Shown: positions 1 through 14,139, counted from the stretch's first letter. The stretch is 64,000 nt of DNA from Eledone cirrhosa (GCA_964016885.1 OZ024740.1:324260001-324324000); one strand, 5' to 3'. The notes: a model not told the origin generated them from the letters alone. A program made the numbers and translations.

Positions 1-152
1 ACATTATATTTGCTATCATGATTTTTGTTGTCTTTACTACATGTCCACTGTCGTCTGCTCTAGTTATTGTTGTCCTTACTACATGTCTACTGTCGTCTGC
101 TCTAGTTATTGATGTCCTTACTACATTATATTTGCTGTCATTATTGCTGTTG

Positions 153-424
153 CTCAAATCCCACCGAGGTTGACTTTGCCTTTCATCCTTACGGGGTCGA
201 TCAAATAAAGTACCAGTAATGCACTGGGTAATTGCTGGCCTTGTGCCTAAAGTAGAAACAATTATTGCTGTTGCTGTTGAGTTCAAATTCCGCCGAGGTT
301 AGCTTTGCTTTTCATTCTTACGGGGGTCGATTAAATAAAGTACGAGTCATACACTGGGTAGATTTAATCGACTTTCCCCTTCCTCCAAATTGCTGGCCTT
401 GTGTCTATATAAGAAACCATTATT
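153..424 (+). mobile_element. Two tandem 5'-truncated copies of tRNA-derived SINE family 1
   Basis: B-box GAGTTCAAAT(C/T)CC, core GCCTTTCATCCTTACGGGGTCGAT..AAAGTAC and tail GCTGGCCTTGTG..AGAAACAATTATT, shared with about 20 copies in the window. Confidence 0.85.
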
Positions 425-1027
425 GTTGTTGCTGTTCTTAGCTCTTGTCCGCTGTCGTCTGCTGTTTGAACTATGGTTGTAGTAGTTATTACAATAGTAG
501 TTTTTAGTGTGTGGGTATTGGTATGTTGTTGTTTGTGAGGTGGTGTTAGTGTGGCGGGAGGTTGTTGTGGTGGTGGTGGTGGTGACGTTGATGTCGGTGG
601 TGGTGTTAGTGTGGGAGGCGGGTGACGATATCGGTTGTGTTAGTGTGGGAGGGGGGTGACGATATCGGTGGTGTTGTGTGGAAGGGGGGTGACGATGTCG
701 GTAGCGGTGATGACGTTGTTGGTGGTGCTGCTGCTGTCGTTGTTGGCATTGTTGATACCATTATTATCGTTGCTGTTGTTGTTGTTGTTGTTGCTGATAA
801 TCTTCCGTCGTTGCTGCTATTGGAAATGTGGTTGTTTTGTTTTAGATCACTCCTGACTAACCGACCTTGCCTTTTACCACAGGCTTTCCAGTCGTGATCA
901 TCACGTTTAGTTTGTATGATGAATGTATCAATATTACATAATTCAATGTGCTCTTTCTTTTTTGAAATTGTGTGTAATTTAAAGGGGAGTCAGTTGTTAT
1001 TTCTAGCAGAGTCAAGACTATATAGAA

Positions 1028-1133
1028 CAATCCTGGGCAAACGTGTTTTCAGAATGGCACACCTAATTTCAAAATTGCCTTGATGACCAACATCCTATGC
1101 GACCCACTGCTCGATAAAGGTTGTCCATGCCTG
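1028..1133. mobile_element. hAT-type MITE
   Basis: Imperfect TIRs CAATCCTGGGCAAAC / GGTTGTCCATGCCTG flanked by an exact 8-bp TSD ATATAGAA (1020-1027, 1134-1141). Confidence 0.7.
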
Positions 1134-2190
1134 ATATAGAAGCTCACCGACATTCTCTGAATGTAACGGTTGTTGTTGTTAGTAATGGTTGTGGTGTGTT
1201 GTAACGTTGTTAGTCTTTGCTGGTTAGTTGTATATTTTACGCACTGGGATCGATTTAATCAACCTCACCCCAAATTGTTGGCCTTGTGCCATTAAGAAAA
1301 TATTACATATGACAACTTTTATGGTTGATAAAATTTGATATCATGTGTAAAAGGAAGGAAACCTACTAAACCTTATATTTATAAGTTTAAAGAAAATAGA
1401 GGCAGCAAAACTAGTCTCCTTTACACACATAATTGAGGACCGGCGTGGTAGTGACTTGCTCAGACTAGCGTTGCTACAATAGTCAATGAGATACATGTAG
1501 TACGTGTTCATTATCGATGGAAACCCTTAATCTTATTGCCTCTTTAGTTAATTCTTCAATTTCTTATGTTTCTTCTGTGGATTCGATGATGATTTCAGAT
1601 TATAATAGGCTTCCATAACTAATAGACACGGCACGTGTCTGATTGGGCATTGTAACATTGCAATTCTGCGCATGTCACTTCCACCTTTGTCTCTATACAG
1701 TTGTGTTAATGTAACCAGTTTATCCACCTTAATTGTACTCCATTTTCCTTTCTAAAACGCAATTTTAACCCAGAAATCTTTAAGACTAGGACCCAAACAA
1801 ATTACTGAAACCAGAAACAGAAAATGAAAAAAGGAAATATACGAGTTTTGACACCAGACCTGATTCTGCAATATGAAACTGTTTATTTTAAAGAGTTGAT
1901 ATTTATATTAAAAAAAAGGAACCCTTCCATCATAGTTATATGCCAGGACATATTTTACCAAATATTAACTTAATAATGAGAAAGTTAATTATCTTTCTAA
2001 ATCTCTCCATTTTTTTTTTTTTTTTTTTTTAAATTATAGAAAGATGGTCTAAAATCTTCCATCATGATTTTTTGTAAAATCTTTTAGGTTTTGTCTTAAA
2101 CACAAACTAATTAATGAAATTATTATATTACTATATCGCTGCAAATTCTTGATTATTTTCAACAAAAATATTTGAAATTCATAGACAGTA

Positions 2191-2436
2191 CAGTAGAAAT
2201 AAACTAACGAAATGGTTACATATCTGTCTTTGGTGATCTAAAATTTTACAACTTAGTTTACACTATGTTACAAGATTTTTGCGGTCATAATGGAACATAT
2301 ACAGTGATTACGTTGTAACGAAAAATCCTTTATAACAAGATCGACCTAACACATCGAGCGTGTGACCAGGGACTGAAAAAAAAATCGTTATACTGAAAAA
2401 TTGGTTATGGTATTCGTTATAACGGAATTTTACCTG
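2191..2436. mobile_element. Possible pogo/Tigger-like MITE remnant
   Basis: TA|CAGTAGAA...CGTTATAACGGAATTTTACCTG|TA ends, with repeated internal CGTTATAAC-like motifs. Confidence 0.4.
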
Positions 2437-3592
2437 TATACGATTCTTCCAAATGCGTTTACGATATCATAATGACACAAAGAGAAAAAATAAGAAATAA
2501 TTTAAAAAATGAGGGGGGGGGGGTAGAATATGATGAGGGGCTCAAACTCTACACCTTTACCTAGACGGTACATCTCAACTGGGCTTCGCAGGCAAAATTG
2601 CTAAGAACATCTAGCAATACTTATTGTATCTGCCATTTCAGCTCAAGGGGGCTCCTTCTTCGGGTGAGATTCCCTCTTCCCAATTTTACGGAGGAAAATG
2701 ACAGCGGGTATCGAGGACATTGGAGGATTCGATAGCACCCAGCATATGAAGGAAGTTGTGAAGTTCCTGCAGGGCCAAGAATACCATTAAGGTCAATTAA
2801 GCAGCCATCTATGGTTCACCTCAAAGCGGCATATTACTGAACCTTAAGGAAACACAGTTTATACAAATTTGTATAATCAAATTAAATATATAATCTCCTA
2901 AACCATTAAACATTTTTGCCGCGTCGCAGCATTGTAAAAATATGGTAGAGGACATGTTATGAAATGATCTGTCACATGATTTGGCGTGGGTGGATGTGAA
3001 CAGTGTAGTAGAAAATACAAGCTTAGTGTGATCAGAGCAAGAAGTGCCAAAAACTAGGTTCGTCAGCTTACTAAACTGTAAGTTGAAATCATGGCATTTG
3101 GGCGAATGGAGCGTGCATTGTACGGCTAGCCTAGGGAGCTAAATACCCAGTTATTGGCTCCGTACATATAATATATATATTGTATAACCTCTTCTATACC
3201 CTGACAATCTCTATATTAATGCTATTAATCTTGTTGTGACACTTTCACTAGTTTAAACAATGAAAAATAAATCGATAGAGGGAGCTAGATAGATAGATAG
3301 ATAGAGAGGGGGGTTAAGAAAGTAATGAGAAAACAAATGAAAAAGGAAGAGGAATAAAGAGAAGGGATGAGTTAGAGAAGAGAAGGGAGGAGAGGGAGAA
3401 AGAGAGGGTAAAGTGGGAGTAGTGTAGAAATGATAGACAAAGGCAGTTTTGAGGGAGGGTGAAGGTATGCATTATGTAAGAAACAGCAGGATCTTGAGTG
3501 TAATTAAGTTGAATGTTACACTCCATTTACGATCGGTAAAACAGACACTCACAGAACATCTATACACACTCACCATGTGTGTGTGTGTATGT

Positions 3593-3653
<61 letters not shown>

Positions 3654-3665
3654 AATATATATATT

Positions 3666-3800
3666 GTTATACGTTTGGAGAGTCATGATGCCAATAAAAA
3701 CACACGCACCAGTTAAGTTTCATTAACTAATAAAACTCAAGTGCAATTTAACTGGTGCGTATGTTTTTATTGGCAACACTACTTTTCAAAACTATAACAC
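3666..3800. repeat. TA-flanked fold-back element; related arm at 7585-7650
   Basis: GCCAATAAAAACA..CGCACCAGTTAA / TTAACTGGTGCG..TGTTTTTATTGGC inverted arms. Confidence 0.65.
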
Positions 3801-4204
3801 CTTTTTCAACACACGATTTCACATGAAGAATTTTGCAAAACAAACATATCTACATACTACTGAAACTGTGATTGTGTGCTTGTCTGTATGTAATTTAATA
3901 CAGCCAAAACGGTACATAATGGGAAAATAGGAAGTTATCCCTGAAACAGGAATACAAATGGAATAAAACAAGTTTCGTGTAAATCGGAGCTCGAGTTCTC
4001 GAGAGACGAGGGGGGGGGGGGCTTTCCGGGTACCTTTATAAATAGAGAGAGAGAAAGATGCAGTGGTTGTGAAAGAGTAAATTGAAAGAGATAGATAGAT
4101 AGAGAGAGAAGGAGACAAGGAAGGAAAATAGAAGAGAGAGAGCTGGTGGTGTTGCTGAATGAAATTATAACACGTAACTTCAAAGAATCGAATAGAGCAT
4201 TACT

Positions 4205-4236
<32 letters not shown>

Positions 4237-4260
4237 CACACACACACATACACACACACG

Positions 4261-4329
<69 letters not shown>

Positions 4330-4454
4330 GCCTTCCAATTTCATTTTACATTATTTTAATTATTTAAAAATTATTTTTAAGCGAACATGATTTAAAAAAA
4401 AATATTTTTAAGTGAACCTTGGGTCACGGGTGGTCTAGTATATATATATATATA

Positions 4455-4757
4455 AAGACTCCTTTCGGTCACGAATGACCATGGGATCTACACGTAGAAA
4501 ATTCCCTTCCGAGGCACAAGCCCGGACAATGTGTTTTTATGTAAACCAGTAGTCGCCCTTGCATGCAAATCTTTCCTCTCCACGCCACCGATGTTGGCAA
4601 CAGTGACGTTGCAACTCCTTTCTACAGCTGAGTGAACTGGAGCAACGTGAAATAATGTGTCTTGCTCAAGAACACATCACATGTCCCGGTCCGAGAATCG
4701 AATTCGTGATCTCACCATTGTGAATTCAACTATCTAGCCACTAAGCGACGTGTCTTC
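4455..4757 (-). mobile_element. tRNA-derived SINE family 2
   Basis: Minus strand has an A-box-like GCTTAGTGGCTAG, a B-box-like GAATTCGATTCTC and then GTGTTCTTGAGCAAGACAC...TTCACGTTGCTCCAGTTCACTCAGCTG. Confidence 0.7.
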
Positions 4758-4929
4758 GCTCGCGCGCGCATGTGTGTGTGTGTGTGCAGTAGCGTAGCTC
4801 TGGTGATGGGAGTGGTCTATAGCTGTGGTAGTGATGTTATAACTGATATTATGTTAATTGTGGGGGAGGAAATAGCGAGAAGGGAATAAAGAAAAGAGGA
4901 CCCCACCCTAATTTATGGTTGTAATGGGG

Positions 4930-5580
4930 TTGTGATTGTTTTGTGGTTATGAGATGACTCTGGCTGGGTGATAGAGACGGGAAGAAGACCTTCCTAGAAT
5001 TACAGTAGAGATAGAATAATAGCTTGTGACTACTTGGTTTAGTTGTAACTGGGTAGTGGAGAGAGGTTGGAGAACTAGTCGGAACTTGGGTGGTATTGAG
5101 TGGTGATATATTAGTGACTGGGTGGCAGTATCGATAGATGTGGCTGGTTTGTGGCTTCTATGGTTATTAGCTTGATGGTAGTGGTGGTGATAACGGGTAG
5201 CAAATGATCTACCCTGAACTAGGGTGGAGATGGAGTTTGTGACTAGTTTGTGGCTAATACGTGGTATGGTAGTTAGTAGAAGACCTACACGGAATTTAGG
5301 GTGGTATCTGTGTTTGTGGTTGATTTGTGGCCAAGGTTGAAAACGGGAAGACGGACCCCTAGCCTAAATTGGGGTTAGTTTTTGAGGCTGCTGCTATACT
5401 TCTTGAGATGGTTGTGGCTGGGGATGCAGTCGGGTAGATGATCGACCCGGAACTGGAGTGGCATCTGAGAGGAGATGTAGGTTGTGTCTGGTTTGTGAAT
5501 ATCATTCTGAACGAGTAGAAGGCCTACCCTGAACATGGGTGGTGAAGACGGGTAGATTTGGTATGTTTATAAGATCAGAC
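4930..5580. repeat. Degenerate ~60-75 bp minisatellite
   Basis: Recurring GTTTGTGGCT..GGGTAG..GACCTAC..GAACTT.GGGTGG units. Confidence 0.55.
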
Positions 5581-5647
5581 AGCAAGGAAGATTGATAGGA
5601 GTGTGTGAAAGTGTGTGTGTATGTGTGTGTGTGTGTGTGAAAATGTA

Positions 5648-5733
<86 letters not shown>

Positions 5734-6002
5734 TGTGTCTGTGTGAAAGTGTGTGTGTATGTGTGTGTGTATGTGTGTATGTATATGTGTGTGTTAGGGG
5801 GCAAACGGTGAGGAAGTATATGAGCGTGAGGGTAACGATGAGGTTGTGTGTTTATCAGGGAGGAAACAGTGAGAAATAGGAAGGTGTGTGTATCTGATAC
5901 ACAAGAGAGAAGTGTGTGGTGTCAAAGTGTTAAGTAAAGCAGTAGCATCAATAGCTTGACAGTGTCAATAAATAAGTATGTGTATAAACAGTGCACATAG
6001 AG

Positions 6003-6163
6003 CAGTGTTTCCCAGCGCTTTTCATACCCGCACCCCTAAAACTTTGTAATATGTTCTCGTACCCCTTAAAAAAAGCAAGAATAATTATTACAATAATACT
6101 ATTAATAAAAAAAAAAAAAAATAACTGAAATGTTATCTCGTACCCCCTGGTTGGGAAACCCTG
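6003..6163. mobile_element. hAT (Charlie-like) MITE
   Basis: TIRs CAGTGTTTCCCA / TGGGAAACCCTG; 8-bp TSD ACATAGAG / ACATGGAG. Confidence 0.75.
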
Positions 6164-6226
6164 ACATGGAGGATGAAATATAGTGTTTTATATAGGGAGA
6201 GGAATTTAATGTTCGGGGCTGAAACC

Positions 6227-6279
<53 letters not shown>

Positions 6280-6289
6280 AGTAATGTAT

Positions 6290-6650
6290 ACAGCCCTATG
6301 GCACGTTGGTAATAGGTCCAGGGTAGATGTAAAATGCAAGTCCCCGTCAAAGTTGGTAATATGCCTAAGCCATAGGAGATATATAAGCCCATACAAGGTT
6401 AGTAATAGGCCCAGGCTAGATGTAAAATTTAGCCCCCAGTGTCGGTAATATGACCAGGCCAGATGTAAAATATAGCCTGCCCCGCCATAGTTGGCGATAG
6501 CCCCAAGTCGGATGTAAAATATATACCCCCCTCCCCTCCCATTGTTGGCGATAACCCCCAGCCAGATGTAAAATAAAGGTTCTCGTAGCTGGTAATTATT
6601 CAGAGGTTAGATGTAAATACAGGCTCGTCAGCCCTAAAGCTGGTAAATGT
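6290..6650. repeat. Degenerate ~50-bp minisatellite
   Basis: About 7 units of GTTGG(T/C)(A/G)ATA..CCC....AGATGTAAAAT. Confidence 0.7.
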
Positions 6651-6929
6651 TTCACGTGTATTTGTGTGTGATGGACAGGAGAGAGGTATATATAGAGAGA
6701 AATAGGGGTTGTGTGTTAGTGTGAATAGAGATTAAGAAGAGTCTATCAGAGAGAGAATAATTGTGTTTGTGTGTACAAAGTGTGTGTTAGAAGAGACAGG
6801 GATAGAAAGTTGGAGAGTGAGGAAATTAAGTAGTGTGTGGATAACCGAGAGTGGGAGAGCATTTAATGAATTGAGTTAAAAGTAGTAAAAAAGTTTTGTA
6901 CTGAATATGTGTATATATGTGTATGTGTG

Positions 6930-7000
<71 letters not shown>

Positions 7001-7002
<2 letters not shown>

Positions 7003-7191
7003 CGAAGAAATTGTGGTAAGGAACCAGTTGGACCATAACGCACCAGAGTACTCAATACTTAGGGTAGTAGAGTGGGTAATAGCAAAATGTATGACCCCCA
7101 CGGCAGATCTCAAGCCGTTTCGACGGCTATTTCTGGACTCAGAAATAGCCGTCGAAACGGCTTCGGCTCTGCCGTCGGGGTCATACTTGTT

Positions 7192-7193
<2 letters not shown>
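7001..7193 (-). mobile_element. Fold-back mini-element family C (3' half of a hammerhead plus tail) in (TA)n
   Basis: ~50-bp inverted arms 7088-7188 containing GAAA-CGGC..GCCG-TC-GGGG; homologous to 9318-9510, 15381-15559, 15701-15890 and a tail fragment at 30415-30450. Confidence 0.8.
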
Positions 7194-7247
<54 letters not shown>

Positions 7248-7454
7248 ACTTACAATTAAGGACAAAATGAAAACACACAAATAGAACAAACAACCAACCA
7301 GTAACATGTAAATAAACAAATAAATAAACAAATATAAACACACACAGACACCCGAATGTAACACATGCGCAAACTAAGCACGCAACACACACAAAAACAA
7401 GATGGCGTAGGACAGAACAAAGGAGAGGCACAAAAACAAAGAAAAGAATATCCA

Positions 7455-7497
7455 GTCACTGAAGAGGCCACAGAATGTGTGACGAAAGAACTTTGAC
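7455..7497 (+). ncRNA. Type I minimal hammerhead ribozyme motif
   Basis: GTCA-CTGAAGA-[GGCCACA..TGTGAC]-GAAA-GAAC-TT-TGAC; stem I GTCA/TGAC; stems II and III partly decayed. Confidence 0.65.
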
Positions 7498-7649
7498 AAT
7501 ATATGAACAACCGTCCGGTTATGGAACCAACCAACCAACCGGAAATTTATAAATTCTTAAATTTATAAATTTAATTTATAATAAATTGGAGTGAAAGCAA
7601 CTGGTGCATGCGTTTCTTATTGGCAACATGACCCTCCCAAAGCATAACA

Positions 7650-7711
<62 letters not shown>

Positions 7712-7833
7712 TAAAACGGGAAACATAAAAAAAAAACAAGTCGAAGAGGCAGTACAAAGTGTTTGTATTAGTGTTATGTATGTATGTATGTATGTATGTA
7801 TGTATGTATGTATGTATGTATGATACATACACA

Positions 7834-7932
7834 CAGGGTATCCCCAAAAATGTATACACACTTCAACACCATTCTAATAAATATTGCCTGTACAGGTAAT
7901 CAAAATGTATATACATTTTTTGGAACACCCAG
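7834..7932. mobile_element. Tc1/mariner-type MITE
   Basis: Imperfect TIRs CAGGGTATCCCCAAAAATGTATAC / GTATATACATTTTTTGGAACACCCAG, followed by TA. Confidence 0.65.
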
Positions 7933-7961
7933 TATATATACTACAGCGATATATATATATA

Positions 7962-8836
7962 TAGAATTCACAAGAATCAAAGCTATGTTCAAAACATTTA
8001 TTCACTTACAATTGTTTCATCCAAACCTAGTCTTGGGTTCTTCGGAGCATTTTTCAATGTTTGTACACATAATTGACCTTCTTTCCAACGCAAGAGACAT
8101 ACAGATACATATATATATATTGATGTACAGTGGAGTGACATATATTATACTATATTATTTCTGTATAGCAATTCAAATTCAAAATCAAATCAAAATTAAA
8201 ATTAAAATTAAAACAAAATTAAAACAAAATTAAAATACATTCGGCAGTTAACACAGATAATACAAGAGGATAGTTTGTTAGTCAGATGTATAGAGTCAGA
8301 TGTTTGTTAGTCAGATGCAAGAGGATAGTTTGTTAGTTAGTGTATGCGTTAGTTACACGTGGGGCATGCAAGTGTGTCCTATTTATATATGATTATTGTG
8401 TGGCAGCGTGTTACATGTAATACAAGCATTTTAATATTTTAATTTTGTTTTAATTTTAATTTTGATTTGATTTTGAATTTGAATTGCTATACAGAAATAA
8501 TATAGTATAATATATGTCACTCCACTGTACATCAATATATATATATGTATCTGTATGTCTCTTGCGTTGGAAAGGAGGTCAATTATGTGTACAAACATTG
8601 AAAAATGCTCCGAAGAATCCAAGCCTAGGTTTGGATGAAACAATTGTAAGTGAATAAATGTTTTGAACATAGCTTTGATTCTTGTGAATTCTATATATCT
8701 GGTCTGTACAACAACTGATGTTATTACATTGAGCTATTTATCTTACTGGTAATAAGGTAGTAATAAATTACTGACCTTCACTGTTTAGGGTTTAAAATAT
8801 ACATAACTATAAAAAGTTTTAGTATATACATAATCC

Positions 8837-8842
<6 letters not shown>
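7962..8842. mobile_element. Non-coding Penelope-like fold-back element, family B
   Basis: ~260-bp inverted arms (7962-8230 / 8432-8697), each with an HHR; homologous to the ends and 3' UTR of the PLE at 23234-26272; flanked by (TA)n. Confidence 0.85.
8606..8652 (+). ncRNA. Hammerhead motif with CCGAAGA core (mirror copy 8003-8049, minus strand)
   Basis: TGCT-CCGAAGA-ATCCAAGC.TAGGTTTGGAT-GAAA-CAATTG-TA-AGTG. Confidence 0.75.
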
Positions 8843-8902
<60 letters not shown>

Positions 8903-9004
8903 GCGTATAATGGTAGCTATGGTGCTTCCATAGGCGGTATGCCAAAATTAGCACTCGATATTCAGTAGAGTAGAGTGATAAAATTTAACGCCGAACGAAC
9001 TACT

Positions 9005-9095
9005 CGTGTCTGAAAGAACCTGCAGCCGTAGAATCAGCCAGATCCATACAGGAACCATGTCTCGAGCTACCTGCCGGCGAAACAATTGTAACACG
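9005..9095 (+). ncRNA. Hammerhead-like motif with long stem II inside a TA-flanked insert (8900-9145)
   Basis: CGTGT-CTGAAAGA-[~60 nt]-GAAA-CAATTG-TA-ACACG; perfect 5-bp stem I and palindromic stem III; one extra A in the core. Confidence 0.6.
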
Positions 9096-9240
9096 CAATA
9101 AATTAAGTCCAGATGCATCACTGATTTTTCGTTTTCTTTATACTACATATATATATATATATATATATATTACGGGGTCGATAAAATAAAGTACCAGTAA
9201 TGTACTGGTTAATTGCTGGCCTTGTGCCAAAAGTAGAAAC

Positions 9241-9317
<77 letters not shown>

Positions 9318-9318
<1 letters not shown>

Positions 9319-9510
9319 CGAAGGAAGTGTGGTAAGGAACCAGATGGAACATAACGCACCAGAGTACTCAATACTCAGGGTAGTAGAGTGGGTAATAGGA
9401 AAAAGTTTAACCCCGACGGCAGAGCTCAAGCCGTTTCGACGGCTATTTCTGAGTCCAGAAATAGCCGTCGTAACGGCTTGAGCTCTGTCGTCGAGGTTAA
9501 ACTTTTTCCT
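9318..9510 (-). mobile_element. Fold-back mini-element family C
   Basis: Near-identical to 7001-7193; TA-flanked. Confidence 0.8.
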
Positions 9511-9699
9511 ACACATATATATATATATATACACACACACAGTGTGTATGTGTGTAGATGCATGTGTGTATCTATCCGTGTATATATGTATATCTGAATG
9601 TGTGTGTGTATTTGTGTGTGTGCTAATAATAGCGACACGCTTCGCTAGATAAAAAGTATCACTCCAGCTTGAACAACTTGTAGAGCTGACTACACGTAC

Positions 9700-9729
9700 G
9701 GACACACATACACACACTAAGATAGGTAG

Positions 9730-9760
<31 letters not shown>

Positions 9761-11200
9761 CACTGACACAGATACACAGACACATATACACACACATACA
9801 CACACTGACATAGATACACGGACACTCATATACACACTAACACAGATACACGAACACATATATACATACTAACACAGATACACGGACACACACACACACA
9901 CTAACGGACGCGGACACACACACCCTAACACAGATACACAGACACATACACACACACACATACACACACTAACATAGATACACGGACACTCATATACACA
10001 CTAACACAGATACACGAACACATATATACATACTAACACAGATACACGGACACACACACACACTAACGGACGCGGACACACACACCCTAACACAGATACA
10101 CGGACAGACACACACACACTCACACAGATACACGGTCATATATATACATACTAACACAGATACACACATACACACATACTAACACAGATACACGGACACA
10201 CATACGCACTAACACAGATATACAAACATACTTACACTAACAGAGACAAACAGACACATATACACACACTAACACAGATACACACACACACATATATACA
10301 GACATTCACACACTAGCACAGATACACGGACACACATATACACACTAACACAAATACACATATATACACTTACACACACTAACACAGATACACAGACACA
10401 CACTAACACACTAACACAGACACACGGAAACTCATACACACGCACTAACACAGATACACAGACACACATACATCCACTAACACAGATACACGGAAACACA
10501 TACACACGCACTAACACAGATACACAGACACACATACATCCACTAAAACAGATACACAGACACACATACACACACTAACACAGATATACGGACATACACA
10601 TACACACTAACACAGATACACAGACACACATACACACTGTCACAGATATAGCGACACACGTACACACACTAACACAGATATACGGACATACACACACACA
10701 CTAACACAGATACACGGACACATGCACACACACACTAACACAGATACACGGACATACACACACACACACTAACACAGATACATGGACACATACACACACA
10801 CCCTAACACAGATACACGGACACACACAAACTAACACAGATACATGGACACATACACACACAGACTAACACAGATACACGGACACATACACACACACACT
10901 AACACAGATACACGGACACACACACACGCAATAACACAGATACACAGACACACATACACAATAACACAGATACACGGACCTACATACATACACACTAACA
11001 CATACACAGACACACATACACACTGACACAGATACACGGACCTACATACATACACACTAACACATACACGGATACATATACACACACGCAAACACAGGTA
11101 CACTGACACACACACATATACACACACCAAGACAGGTACATATATACACATATATACATACACACTAATACAGATACACAGGCACATATACACACACACA
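9700..11200. repeat. CA-derived minisatellite (CACTAACACAGATACACGGACA...)
   Basis: Dozens of ~30-36 bp units. Confidence 0.9.
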
Positions 11201-11524
11201 CACTGAGGCACCTACATAGACTCACACGAAGACATATATACATATACACACGGGCATACAAACATACATTATACATACTCATATTCACACAGAGGCAAAA
11301 CCGCACAAGCATATACACCCTCAAATATACACACAAACACATTTGCCCCTGTACATTATAGATACACATACACATACATACCTATACACACATCACACAC
11401 ATACACTTAGACATACATACACACACACACACACACATACAAACACGCATACATTCCTCCAGATACGCACATACATACACTGACACACAATCAGAAGACA
11501 AAACACACGCAAACACAAAAACCA

Positions 11525-11556
11525 TATATATACACACATACACACGGACGCACGTA

Positions 11557-11592
<36 letters not shown>

Positions 11593-11700
11593 CACACATA
11601 CACACCGACGTACGAACTGATATATATACACACATACACAAGGACGCACGTACTGATATATATATATATATATATACACACATGCACACCGACGCACGTA

Positions 11701-11783
<83 letters not shown>

Positions 11784-11830
11784 GCATACCGACGCACGTA
11801 CCTATATATATATACACACCGACGCACGTA

Positions 11831-11877
<47 letters not shown>

Positions 11878-11972
11878 GCATACCGACGCACGTACCTATA
11901 TATATATACACACCGACGCACGTACTGATATATATATATATATATATACACACATGCACACCGACGCACGTA

Positions 11973-12005
<33 letters not shown>
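11525..12005. repeat. Compound minisatellite CACCGACGCACGTACTGA + variable (TA)n
   Basis: About 9 copies of the core separated by (TA)n/(CA)n of variable length. Confidence 0.9.
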
Positions 12006-12008
<3 letters not shown>

Positions 12009-12691
12009 CCTAGGCTCACATGTACAGACAGCCACGTCTGATAAGATGTTTAACACTAGGTCAGCTGTAATCATGTAGAGCTATAAATCAAGACATTCTA
12101 TCCGTGACTACCCCTACTGTTGTGTTCCAGTATACTGATTTCTTTTTTCTTTGAGGGAGTCGTTGGGGTTCCGTATTGATGTACGGCATTTCTAGGGTAT
12201 CTTTAAACCTGGCAGAGCCCATCTCCTCTCCAGGTCTGAGTACACCAGATTTCTTTCAGAGAAGGATAGAGAGCAATTGAGAGAGATATAGAGAAAGAAT
12301 CGACCCCAGTAGTTGACTGGTACTTTTTTTTTATCGGCCTCGAATGAGTGGAAGGCAAAGTCACCCACGGTGGGATTTGACCCCAGAGAGCCAAAACGAA
12401 TGTCACAATGCATTATTCTAACGACTTTATATATACATATACGTACATATATATATATATATATATGTGCTATATACATATACGTACACATATATATATA
12501 CTATATACATACATCTCCCCACCCCACCCTCTCCCTCTCTCTCTCTCTTTTTCTCTCTCCCTCAGAGGTCCGACGAGCTTTCGATTCCAGAGTCGAGCCA
12601 GGTCGATACAGATCGAACCTTGAGTTCATCAATAGCAAAACGCACGTCACCAATCAATAAACGAAATGAAGACAACAAATCGTCCTTTTAC

Positions 12692-12804
<113 letters not shown>

Positions 12805-12974
12805 GAGAGAGAGAACATCTTATAGATATCACTAACGGGTCGATAAAATATTGATCCTTTGGGATATATAAAATCTCCAGCAACTTAAATGTAAGTGGCC
12901 GCCTTAGAAGGTGATGCCCCATCATATAAGAATATATTTAACTGTCTTTACGTTTTGCTTATGTCATGCGACAT

Positions 12975-13115
12975 AGCGGCTCAACCAAAGAGAGCGATAA
13001 AATCAGAGCCAGACTTTAAAATATAAGCATTGCGGTAAATATGATCGGTTAAATCCCTCCGAGGTAGTGCTCCAGCCTGGCTGCAGTCTAATGAATGAAA
13101 CCAGTAAAAGAATAC
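12975..13115 (+). mobile_element. Degenerate SINE 3' part
   Basis: GGTAGTGCTCCAGCCTGGCTGCAGTCTAATGAATGAAACCAGTAAAAG tail; a related fragment lies at 12835-12925. Confidence 0.5.
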
Positions 13116-13235
13116 AACCACATACATATATATACACACACATATATATACACACACATATATACAAATATACATGTATATATGTATATATATAAATATA
13201 TATAAATGCAAAAACACACACGTTACATACATGAG

Positions 13236-13326
<91 letters not shown>

Positions 13327-13336
13327 TATATATATA

Positions 13337-13594
13337 AGTAGAAGTGGTATTTAATTTGTTGGAAGTCCGACAAACATAAATGTTTATAACTGATTTAGAG
13401 CACTCAACAAATTACTGGACTATCCAGTGAATTTCCAACCGATAAGGTATGATTTTCATGGGTATGTCTCTATTTATAAAACAAACTTTGTATTTTATCT
13501 GATGAAAGCGTACCAATGTTGTCTTTGGTACCCTTGAAATATATATAATAAAATAAATATGGTTTTATAAATATAGTTTCCATTTATTTAATAT

Positions 13595-13600
<6 letters not shown>
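13337..13600. mobile_element. HHR element family A (inverted tail plus HHR arm)
   Basis: 13337-13420 is the reverse complement of the distal tail seen at 57640-57730; HHR at 13491-13555; ends in (TA)n. Confidence 0.8.
13491..13555 (+). ncRNA. Type I hammerhead ribozyme motif
   Basis: TATTTTAT-CTGATGA-AAGCGTACCA..TGGTACCCTT-GAAA-TATATA-TA-ATAAAATA. Confidence 0.85.
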
Positions 13601-13637
<37 letters not shown>

Positions 13638-13737
13638 AATGATAAATCAAAACATGACGGATATGTTTATACTTTTGTGTTTCTTAATAAGTAAGCTCAA
13701 TTGACTTTATCTAGAGCCATAAGAACCAAATTAAAAG

Positions 13738-13958
13738 ATATATGTTTATATATAGAGAGAAAGGACCATATATCATAAGAGAAACATGGTATTTTGTATA
13801 TATACCAAATACATATTCAATAGAAGATTATGTATTTGCCCTTTCTCTCTCTATATAAACATATATTAGTGTTGGAAAGGTTTAAAACAGTATATTTAAA
13901 TTAAGCCGTTTCAACGGCTTAATTTAAATATACTGTTTTAAACCTTTCCAACACTAAT
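13738..13958. repeat. Two adjacent hairpins (13738-13865 imperfect; 13865-13958 near-perfect)
   Basis: ATTAGTGTTGGAAAGGTTTAAAACAGTATATTTAAATTAAGCCGTT and its exact reverse complement follow each other. Confidence 0.85.
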
Positions 13959-14073
13959 TTGCATAATAAACCAACAATAAATCTAATAACTCCACTATCC
14001 AGGAGATTCCAACCAGAATGGTTGCATTTTTTAAGGGTATGTCAATATTTATTTATAAAACTAACCTATATTA

Positions 14074-14139
14074 TATTTTATCTGATGAAAGCGCACCATA
14101 GTTTGCTCTGGTGGCCCTTGAAATATGTATAATGAAATA
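14074..14139 (+). ncRNA. Type I hammerhead motif, family A (element ~13960-14181)
   Basis: TATTTTAT-CTGATGA-AAGCGCACCA..TGGTGGCCCTT-GAAA-TATGTA-TA-ATGAAATA. Confidence 0.8.

Noticed and set aside
2641-2790. Possible plus-strand exon after TTTCAG
   Set aside because: Short, no recognisable protein similarity and no supporting neighbouring exons
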